Assembly: GCA_028687375.1 (NCBI GenBank)
Contig: JAQUAG010000011.1
Span: 32,922 to 56,921 of the forward strand
Direction: 5' to 3'
From: Arcobacteraceae bacterium
Lineage (GTDB): Bacteria; Campylobacterota; Campylobacteria; Campylobacterales; Arcobacteraceae
Length of the DNA stretch: 24,000 nucleotides
Numbering within the stretch: position 1 is the stretch's first letter; each line of letters begins with the position of its first letter. Both the position numbers and the translations under genes were made by a program. Below, piece by piece: positions 1 through 6,817 of the stretch. Below the pieces are notes generated by a model. That model was not told the origin of the DNA, did no database searches, and was given only the letters and a program-made list of their open reading frames with translations.

Positions 1-447
1 ATCAATTTAAATGATTTTTCTAAAGTTATCTTAGATAAACAATTACCAGCTGGAAAACTCTATCCACTTCTTACTCCTCAAGGTTTTAGTGCTGGAATTG
101 TACGGGTCTACAATAACTTAACAATTGGTTATTTAAATACAAATGAAAAATCAAACTATGCTGTATTTATTGGCGATACAAATGCTCCTGGTATCACCTC
201 TGGAGCTGATGAAAATGGATACATTCTTATTCAACACATCCCAAAATGGTATGGAATTAAAGTAAATGACGAAGTTGTCACAAGTGGAATGGATGAGATA
301 TTCCCTTATGGGGTAAAAGTCGGTAGAGTAGTAGGTACTAAAGATCTACTAAATACAAAAATGGCAATCGTAAAACCTTACGCTTTTGTTACTTCAAAAA
401 GATATTTCTATATTATAACTAAAACTACAAATGTAAATGAAATGTAA
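1..447 (+). CDS. mreC: Rod shape-determining protein MreC, C-terminal part (5' end lies outside the window)
   Basis: Not in the ORF track because there is no start in the window. My translation of frame 1 is open from nt 1 to TAA at 445-447: ...NAPGITSGADENGYILIQHIPKWYGIKVNDEVVTSGMDEIFPYGVKVGRVVGTKDL... The VxTSGxDxIFPxGxxVGxV block matches the conserved MreC C-terminal motif as I remember it. Confidence 0.75.
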   Translation: MNLNDFSKVILDKQLPAGKLYPLLTPQGFSAGIVRVYNNLTIGYLNTNEKSNYAVFIGDTNAPGITSGADENGYILIQHIPKWYGIKVNDEVVTSGMDEIFPYGVKVGRVVGTKDLLNTKMAIVKPYAFVTSKRYFYIITKTTNVNEM

Positions 448-495
448 CTTTTATGTTCATTTTGGTAAGATAAAAAATCAAAAAAAGGACACACT

Positions 496-1026
496 ATGTT
501 TAAAAAAATTATACTTTCTATCTCATTATTTTCTACTCTGATGTTTGGTAGTCAAATAGCTGTATTTGAAACAACAAGTGGAACTATAGAACTAGAATTA
601 AGAGAAGAAATAGCGCCAAAAACAGTTGATAATTTTGTAAAGCTAATCAATAAAGGGTATTACAATGGAATTATTTTTCATAGAGTAATTAAACACTTTA
701 TGATACAAACAGGTGATCCAACAGGAACTGGTGCTGGAGGAGAGTCTATTTGGGGAAAAGACTTTGAAGATGAACTCAATCCAAAAGCGATGTTTAGTAG
801 AGTTGGGGTACTTGCTATGGCAAATAGAGGTCCAAATACAAATGGAAGTCAATTTTTTATCACAACAAGCCAAACACCTTGGCTGAATGGAAAACACACA
901 ATTTTTGGATATGTAGCAAATAAAGAGAGTTACAATGTTGTACAAAAGATTGAAAATCTAGAAACAACTTATGGAGATAGACCAAAAGTTGAGCAAAAGA
1001 TCATCAAAGCTTATATGAAAAAATAA
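496..1026 (+). CDS. Cyclophilin-type peptidyl-prolyl cis-trans isomerase, probably periplasmic
   Basis: 176-aa ORF with cyclophilin blocks FHRVIKHFMIQTGDP, GTGAGGESIWG, LAMANRGPNTNGSQFFITT and LNGKHTIFG. The hydrophobic N-terminus MFKKIILSISLFSTLMFG looks like a Sec signal peptide. AAGGA lies 6 nt upstream of the ATG. Confidence 0.93.
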   Translation: MFKKIILSISLFSTLMFGSQIAVFETTSGTIELELREEIAPKTVDNFVKLINKGYYNGIIFHRVIKHFMIQTGDPTGTGAGGESIWGKDFEDELNPKAMFSRVGVLAMANRGPNTNGSQFFITTSQTPWLNGKHTIFGYVANKESYNVVQKIENLETTYGDRPKVEQKIIKAYMKK

Positions 1027-1029
1027 TCT

Positions 1030-2964
1030 ATGATACAATCACTTTTTGGAAGATTTATCGTTACCCCAGAGCTCTTTGTAAAAGAGTTATTTAAAAAGGT
1101 AATTGATGAAGTAGCTTTAGAAAATATACTATCATCCAAAAAATTCTCTATAAATCATCAAAATGAAAATGGGGAAACTTTTCTCCATTTATGTATTTTA
1201 CATAGCAAATTCAAATCTGCAAAATGGCTTATCGAAAAAGGGAATATAGATGTCACTATCAAAGATTATTTAGGGCAAGAACCTATTGTAATCGCTATTA
1301 AAAAAAACAATCACTTAATTGTTGAACTCATTTTAAAAGCAAAACAAATAGATATCAATCAAGTAGATATTGATGGTCGATCTTTACTTCAAAATGCCGT
1401 ACTATCTGGTAATGAAGAGATAGCTAATGAGCTTATTCATAATTTTATCGATGTCAATATTGTAGATAAGAATAACAGAAATGTAATGTTTGATGCAATT
1501 GCATATGGAAGTGACCAAATCATCAATAAACTTCTTACTACAGATATTAATCTTAATCAACAAGATAAAGATGGTGAAACTATTTTACACAAACAAGAAA
1601 CTTTACAAAATGAAGAGCTATGTGTAAAACTTCTAGAAAAAGGGGCAAATCCTACTATTTGTGATAAAGAAGGGAAAAACTTCCTTTTTCATATCGCTAC
1701 AAGGGGGATAGAAGGGGGAAGACTACTTGATATTGCAATCCAACATGGTTCTAATATCAATGCAAAGGTGAGAAATAATAATACTATTTTGATGGAGACA
1801 ATGCTTGCTTTCTATAATATTCCTCTTCATGAAAAAGAGAGACGACTTTCCCTTTTAAAAATGGCAGAAAATCTTGTCCTTAAAGGGATTGATATCAATG
1901 CAATCAATAATGATGGAGAAAGTGGACTTTTTGATGCAATACGAAATAATGATTATAATATTTGTGCTTTCTTTATTAATAAAAGGGTAAATCTCAATAT
2001 ACAAAATAAAAATTATCAAACACCAATGTTATTAGCTGTATTAAGTGGAATTAAAAGTATTGATATCATTTTACTTCTTTTAAAAAATGGTGCAAATCCC
2101 TCTATTAAAAATGATGATGGGAAAGATCTCTTAGAAATCTTAAATGAACTTATTTTATACACCCATGAATTTAGAGAACTTGAAGATAAATCTCTTGAAA
2201 TGTATGCAAAAAAAGAGAATCAATTTTTTGTAGTGTTAAAAGAGATTTTGAAAAATTCAAATTATAATCTTCAAAATCTAAATTCAAAAGGGCAGCCACT
2301 TTTTTTTGCCCCTATGTTAGATGGCTATTATGACCTTTTTAAACTCTATATTACGAATAAATTTGATATCAATGCCTTAGATAGCAATAACTTAAATATT
2401 TTTTATTTGTATGTATATGCTGTTTTTAGCCTTAACACTTTTTTTGATGCTTTTAGACCTAATCTAATAGGGATGCTTGGATATGGTGCTGATATCAATC
2501 TTGTAGATGCTGAGGGACGTACTGTTATCTCTAAAATTATGAAACATAATACAAATGCAAAACTTTTTGAGATACTCATTGAAGTTGCAAGATTTAAATA
2601 TGAAGCAAGAGATAAACAAGGGAGAACACTTTGTCATCATGCTGTTTTAAATAAGAATTTAGAGATTGTTAAAATGATTTACGTAAAAAATCATGATGTT
2701 TTAAATATCTCCGATGGATATGGAATTCTCCCTATCACTTATGCTGCACTCCTTGGTTCTTTTGATATTGTAGAAGAACTTTTAAGATATGGAACTATTT
2801 ATATCAAATCAAATAAATCAATTCCAGTAGCTGTTCGTATCAAATTTGCAACTATGGTAAAAAATATTGATACACTTAAAACAAAAACAACAGATAAAGA
2901 CCTCTTACGAAAAGTAGGTATTTTAACAGATCAAATCAAAAGTGATTTTAAGGTGACAGAATGA
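1030..2964 (+). CDS. Ankyrin-repeat protein (about 13-15 degenerate ANK repeats), cytoplasmic, function unknown
   Basis: 644-aa ORF starting 3 nt after the cyclophilin stop. It has recurrent ~33-aa units with the ANK signature G-x-T/S-x-L-H/x-x-A...LL..GA..N, for example GETFLHLCILHSKFKSAKWLIEKGNIDV, GRSLLQNAVLSGNEEIANELIHNFIDVN, GETILHK...VKLLEKGANPT, GRTLCHHAVLNKNLEIVKMIYVKNHDV and GILPITYAALLGSFDIVEELLRYG. No signal peptide or TM segment is visible. Confidence 0.85.
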   Translation: MIQSLFGRFIVTPELFVKELFKKVIDEVALENILSSKKFSINHQNENGETFLHLCILHSKFKSAKWLIEKGNIDVTIKDYLGQEPIVIAIKKNNHLIVELILKAKQIDINQVDIDGRSLLQNAVLSGNEEIANELIHNFIDVNIVDKNNRNVMFDAIAYGSDQIINKLLTTDINLNQQDKDGETILHKQETLQNEELCVKLLEKGANPTICDKEGKNFLFHIATRGIEGGRLLDIAIQHGSNINAKVRNNNTILMETMLAFYNIPLHEKERRLSLLKMAENLVLKGIDINAINNDGESGLFDAIRNNDYNICAFFINKRVNLNIQNKNYQTPMLLAVLSGIKSIDIILLLLKNGANPSIKNDDGKDLLEILNELILYTHEFRELEDKSLEMYAKKENQFFVVLKEILKNSNYNLQNLNSKGQPLFFAPMLDGYYDLFKLYITNKFDINALDSNNLNIFYLYVYAVFSLNTFFDAFRPNLIGMLGYGADINLVDAEGRTVISKIMKHNTNAKLFEILIEVARFKYEARDKQGRTLCHHAVLNKNLEIVKMIYVKNHDVLNISDGYGILPITYAALLGSFDIVEELLRYGTIYIKSNKSIPVAVRIKFATMVKNIDTLKTKTTDKDLLRKVGILTDQIKSDFKVTE

Positions 2965-3161
2965 AAATTATTATAAATGGACAAGAAAAAGATTTTGCTT
3001 TAGGGATAACTCTTAAAGAGGTAATCCAAGCACTTCAAGTTGAAGAAAAAGTGATGGCTAGTGCTGTTAATATGGATATAGTAAAAAAAGAAAACTGGGA
3101 AACTTATGTTTTAGAAGAAAATGATAAACTCGAACTTTTAGAATTTGTTGGAGGGGGATGA
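2961..3161 (+). CDS. thiS: ThiS-type sulfur-carrier / ubiquitin-fold (beta-grasp) protein with C-terminal GG
   Basis: 66 aa, MKIIINGQEKDF...LEENDKLELLEFVGGG. It has the same length, the N-terminal 'I.INGQ' start and the C-terminal hydrophobic-x-GG end as ThiS (E. coli ThiS is 66 aa and ends ...VIAGG). Its ATG overlaps the ankyrin gene's TGA (ATGA at 2961-2964). Confidence 0.85.
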   Translation: MKIIINGQEKDFALGITLKEVIQALQVEEKVMASAVNMDIVKKENWETYVLEENDKLELLEFVGGG

Positions 3162-3178
3162 AGAAAATTAAGAGCTAA

Positions 3179-3202
3179 AAAATAAGAATTACTACTTATT
3201 TT
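3179..3202. terminator. Weak AT-rich hairpin between convergent thiS and the lipoprotein gene; possible bidirectional terminator
   Basis: AAAATAAG (3179-3186), loop AATTACTA, CTTATTTT (3195-3202). The arms are exact reverse complements, but only one G:C pair is present. It overlaps the lipoprotein stop codon. Confidence 0.25.
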
Positions 3203-3609
3203 GTTGCATTATTTTCAATTTTCTCCTCTTTGTCATAAATAACTTTAATTAGAATACTTTTTTCTTTATCTTTAAAATAGATATCCTCTTTGGTAAAAAG
3301 ATTGTATAAAAAATCTCTCTCATACGATTTATCCAAGAATCGTTCATTAAAACTATTTGCATCAAAACACAAAATAAAGTTTTTACAGATTTTATCTTGG
3401 TATATAGTCATATCAGTAACAACAACTCCTACATCTAAAATCGTTAATTTTACATTGTCTTCATATCTTTCAATAAAACATTTATCGTGATATTTGATAG
3501 TTGGGGTTTTAAATACTATAGTTGCACTTCTTGTCAAAAAAGGTTGTTTATATCCACAACCTGTAAAAATAACTATTGATAAAAAGAGAACTATAAATTT
3601 GTGCAACAT
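3196..3609 (-). CDS. Small putative lipoprotein, function unknown
   Basis: 137-aa ORF. The N-terminus MLHKFIVLFLSIVIFTG|C has a signal peptide plus lipobox (F-T-G-C). I recognise no family. Its ATG overlaps the upstream gene's TAA (TAATG at 3607-3611). Confidence 0.6.
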   Translation of the reverse strand: MLHKFIVLFLSIVIFTGCGYKQPFLTRSATIVFKTPTIKYHDKCFIERYEDNVKLTILDVGVVVTDMTIYQDKICKNFILCFDANSFNERFLDKSYERDFLYNLFTKEDIYFKDKEKSILIKVIYDKEEKIENNATK

Positions 3610-4784
3610 TATGTTAGAGAAGATGTTTGATACAAATTCATCAAATTTTCATAAAAATCAGTTGTTTCAAAATCATCTAATAATCCACTATTTAGTGATA
3701 ATTGTTGATGAATCTTTGCTAATTTTTCAGTTCGTTGAGGGAATAAATCACTTAAAATAATTGAGCTAATCTCTTTTCTAACCAAAATAGCTGGTGGGAT
3801 AATCCCTAAATAGAATAACTCCATAATAGACTCACTATGATAGTGAATATGATGATGACTCCCATGAGGACAAGCATTTGTACTTACAAGGGTACTACAC
3901 TTATCACAATAAACAAAATTACTCATAATCTCTATATCAATATCTATCCCCATAATAGTATCAGCAATTGAGCTAAAACATTTATCTTGATAAAAAGCCC
4001 CTATCCCTGCTTTCTCTTTTCCTAATATTAATTGTGTACATCCATAATTATGTGCAACTATTGCATTTAAAATTATCTCATTAAATCCACCAAAAATATA
4101 TGTATTTTCTAAAGGTATCAAAATAACTTTATCTTTTGGCAAGAAATTATCACAAAAATATTTCACGACGTTGTATCTTGTTTTATAACTTAGCTCATCA
4201 TCTGTGTATGGTTTTAAAAGAAAAATAACTATTAAATCATTTTTAACAAGTGCAGTTCGTATAAGTCTTTCGTGGATTCTATGAAATGGTTTTCCTGAAA
4301 GCATAATTGCTGAGATAGATTTTGCTTCAAGATTATTAATAGCCTTGTTAAGTTCTATTTTATGTTCTTTAATATCATCAAATAAAACATCAAATTCACC
4401 ACAAATAGCATAATTCCCAAGTCTTTTGTATGTATTTACAACTCCTGGATGAAGTGGATTATTTGTACCATAAATAAGTTTTACCCTTTCATCTTTATCA
4501 ATTTTAAAAACTTCATCACATATCAAATGACCACAAATTGTATCATCACAAACAAGTGTAAGTTTTTCCCCTTTTTGTAAATTTTTTAAGATAATTTCAT
4601 TCTTTTTACCACTTGGTGCTAATACAAAAGAGAAAGGAAAAGTTGTCCCTTTATACATTTTTGTTTGATTGACCTCTAAAGATTCTTTTTCATTCATCAG
4701 TTTATCAACTGGCTTCAAAAGCCCCTCTTTTAAAAGACTAAGCGTTGCTAGTGCTTCTTGATCGATATATAATTTCTTTGTCAT
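3609..4784 (-). CDS. ATP-sulfurylase (Sat)-like nucleotidyltransferase-fold protein with divergent active-site motifs
   Basis: 391 aa with Sat architecture. There is an N-terminal PUA-like region (LSLLKEGLLKPVDKLM versus the canonical G-x-fSPL-x-GFM). An HxxH block is present but reads MLSGKPFHRIHE instead of FQTRNPxHRxHE. The second block reads GCTQLILGKEKAGIG instead of GCTHFIVGRDHAGVG. A C-terminal Cys/His cluster CDKCSTLVSTNACPHGSHHH resembles the zinc site of thermophile Sat enzymes. The canonical motifs are quoted from memory. Confidence 0.75.
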   Translation of the reverse strand: MTKKLYIDQEALATLSLLKEGLLKPVDKLMNEKESLEVNQTKMYKGTTFPFSFVLAPSGKKNEIILKNLQKGEKLTLVCDDTICGHLICDEVFKIDKDERVKLIYGTNNPLHPGVVNTYKRLGNYAICGEFDVLFDDIKEHKIELNKAINNLEAKSISAIMLSGKPFHRIHERLIRTALVKNDLIVIFLLKPYTDDELSYKTRYNVVKYFCDNFLPKDKVILIPLENTYIFGGFNEIILNAIVAHNYGCTQLILGKEKAGIGAFYQDKCFSSIADTIMGIDIDIEIMSNFVYCDKCSTLVSTNACPHGSHHHIHYHSESIMELFYLGIIPPAILVRKEISSIILSDLFPQRTEKLAKIHQQLSLNSGLLDDFETTDFYENLMNLYQTSSLT

Positions 4785-4824
4785 AAAATCCCTTGTATTA
4801 GAATCTCTCTATTTATTTTTTGTT

Positions 4825-4833
4825 TGTTATAAT
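4825..4833 (+). promoter_or_regulatory. Candidate extended -10 promoter element (TGnTATAAT) for queH
   Basis: TGTTATAAT at 4825-4833 sits in the 74-nt divergent spacer, about 26 nt upstream of the TTG start at 4859. AAAGGG (4848-4853) is a plausible RBS. This is a sequence-pattern call only. Confidence 0.35.
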
Positions 4834-4858
4834 ATCTAATAATTTATAAAGGGTTAAT

Positions 4859-5938
4859 TTGTTAGTTCATATTTGTTGCAGTGTAGATAGTCACTATTTT
4901 TTAGAAAAATTACGAGAAGATTTTCCAAATGAAAAATTAATTGGGTTTTTTTATGACCCAAATATCCATCCATATAGTGAATACAAACTACGTTTTTTAG
5001 ATGTAAAATATAGTTGTGAGCTTTTAGGCATTGAACTTATTGAAGGACCTTATGATGTAGAAGCTTGGTTAGAGCTTGTCAAAGGTCTTGAAAATGAGCC
5101 TGAAAAAGGAGATCGCTGCACAGTTTGTTTTGATACTAGACTTGAAGTAAGTGGAAAAAAAGCTATAGAGTTAGGTTGTAAAAGTTTCACAACTTCACTT
5201 TTAATAAGTCCTAAAAAATCTCAAGAAAAAATTGAAATCATTGGTCAAAAACTTGCTATTAAATATGATTTAAAATTTATTTTTAAAGATTACAGAGTTG
5301 GCAATGGAATGGAACTTCAAGGAAAAGCTGTCAAAGAAAATCAACTTTATAGACAAAATTATTGTGGTTGTCTTTTTGGAATAACTGCTCAAAGAATCCA
5401 ACAAGAAAAACTTTTAGATGAAATGATAAGCCCTATAAATAACCAAATTTTACCAGAATCTATTGAAGAAAGAATAGCTTTATATGAGCTAAGAAGTCAA
5501 CTTTCAAAAGAGAATAAAGAGTTTAAGATTATTAAACAACGGTTTTTGAACTATCGACTTTTAAATGGTTTCGTGACGATAAATAAAAAAGTTATCCCCT
5601 CTTATTTTCTCCCATATTCCACTTTAAAAAATAAAAAAACAGCAGGAATTATAGAATATACAATTGAAAATATTTCATATCTTAACAGAGATGAAGTGAA
5701 AGTTATCTCTTTAAGTAGTTTTAATATCCTTGCAAATCAGAATTTTAAAACTATTTATGAACTTATGTACCATAAACTTTCTTTTGAAGAAGAACTAAAA
5801 ATAAGAGAAAAGATTCTCAACAATCCTTTTGATCTTTCTTGTGTTATTATCTTAGAAAATACTCCAACATCAAAAATTGAGATATCTCTTGATAGTATGG
5901 TTTTTGATGATATAAAAGAGAAAATTATCGATTTGTAA
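4859..5938 (+). CDS. queH: Epoxyqueuosine reductase QueH (DUF208) core fused to an uncharacterised ~185-aa C-terminal extension
   Basis: 359 aa with a TTG start. Residues 1-174 carry the DUF208 pattern: HICCSVDS, FYDPNIHPYSEY, GDRCTVCFDTRL, TTSLLISPKKS and YRQNYCGCLFG. Residues ~175-359 (nt 5381-5935) have no motif I recognise. Confidence 0.8.
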   Translation: MLVHICCSVDSHYFLEKLREDFPNEKLIGFFYDPNIHPYSEYKLRFLDVKYSCELLGIELIEGPYDVEAWLELVKGLENEPEKGDRCTVCFDTRLEVSGKKAIELGCKSFTTSLLISPKKSQEKIEIIGQKLAIKYDLKFIFKDYRVGNGMELQGKAVKENQLYRQNYCGCLFGITAQRIQQEKLLDEMISPINNQILPESIEERIALYELRSQLSKENKEFKIIKQRFLNYRLLNGFVTINKKVIPSYFLPYSTLKNKKTAGIIEYTIENISYLNRDEVKVISLSSFNILANQNFKTIYELMYHKLSFEEELKIREKILNNPFDLSCVIILENTPTSKIEISLDSMVFDDIKEKIIDL

Positions 5939-5976
5939 TCATTCTAAGATATAATGAAAACTCTCAAGGAGTAACA

Positions 5977-6783
5977 ATGCAAACAAAAATACTATTTGTC
6001 TCAGTAGAAATTCCAATTATTATCAATCAACAAGATTTAGAAAAAGAGTTTCCTGGACTAATCCTAACAAAAATAGAAAATTCACTTGTTGGTGAAATTA
6101 CAAATGATAAGTTCATTTTTACAACCTCATTTGGTGTTATCACTTTTTGTAACTTTAACCACGATGAGATAAAATCATTTCTCCATAGATTAAAAATAAA
6201 AGAGGCAAACCACTATGAAACTGCCCTAATTAATCAAGATTATCCCATGATTGTTGATAATGCTTTTGAGAAACCTTTTATAGATTCACAAGTGATTAAA
6301 TACAATAAGTTCAATAAATCGATAGCTTCAATTATCTCTTTAGTTCTTTCACAAAGTGTTGGACTTGAAATTAGAGAAAAATCACTTGAAAAAAAACTTC
6401 AAGATAGTAAAAAGTTATATGAAAAAATTGAACGAATAAAAGCAAAAGATAGAGAAAACTTAATGATTTTTGCAAGTAGCATTGCAAAAGAGAGATTTGA
6501 AATATTAAGTCAACTCTATTTACTCGATAAGCCAGATATATTATGGGATGATTTTCAATTAGAATCACTCTACAATCAATTAGCATTACAACTAGAGCTA
6601 AAACCTAGATTTGATGTTGTGGAATATAAAATATCATTTTTAAAAGAATCTGTTGAGTTTATAACAGATAGAGTCAATCAAAAATCAAGTGAATTTTTAG
6701 AGTGGATTATTATTTGGTTAATTGTAATAGAGATACTATTTTCTACTTATGGATATATAATCAAACCACTTTTGGGAAATTAA
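5977..6783 (+). CDS. RMD1/DUF155-family protein with a C-terminal transmembrane helix
   Basis: 268 aa. The central FGVITFCNFNHDE, LSQSVGLEIRE and C-terminal FLEWIIIWLIVIEILF segments resemble the DUF155 (RMD1/Sad1-interacting factor) pattern ...LEWIIIxLIxxE... as I remember it. AAGGAG lies 5 nt upstream of the ATG, and TATAAT is at 5950-5955. Confidence 0.7.
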   Translation: MQTKILFVSVEIPIIINQQDLEKEFPGLILTKIENSLVGEITNDKFIFTTSFGVITFCNFNHDEIKSFLHRLKIKEANHYETALINQDYPMIVDNAFEKPFIDSQVIKYNKFNKSIASIISLVLSQSVGLEIREKSLEKKLQDSKKLYEKIERIKAKDRENLMIFASSIAKERFEILSQLYLLDKPDILWDDFQLESLYNQLALQLELKPRFDVVEYKISFLKESVEFITDRVNQKSSEFLEWIIIWLIVIEILFSTYGYIIKPLLGN

Positions 6784-6800
6784 AATATTATTAATAAAAA

Positions 6801-6817
6801 GGATTAAGACATAATCC
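6801..6817. terminator. Short hairpin at the convergent RMD1/PiT junction; possible bidirectional terminator
   Basis: GGATTA (6801-6806), loop AGACA, TAATCC (6812-6817). On the - strand it is followed by TTTTTATTAA, and on the + strand by CTTTTAT. It overlaps the PiT stop codon. The stem is only 6 bp. Confidence 0.3.

Noticed and set aside
2961-3161. The ThiS-like GG protein as part of a bacterial ubiquitin-like conjugation or anti-phage (Bil/Bub/CBASS-Cap2-type) system.
   Set aside because: No E1-like adenylase, E2-like enzyme, JAB/DUB peptidase or effector gene occurs anywhere in the window. The protein looks like ordinary ThiS in size and sequence. Only the ankyrin coupling is retained as a finding.
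4785-4858. Riboswitches upstream of cofactor-related genes: preQ1 before queH, FMN before ribD (9483-9497) and TPP before thiS.
   Set aside because: The available leaders are too short. About 20 nt follows the likely queH -10 box, 15 nt precedes ribD, and thiS overlaps the preceding gene. None shows the conserved aptamer cores I remember.
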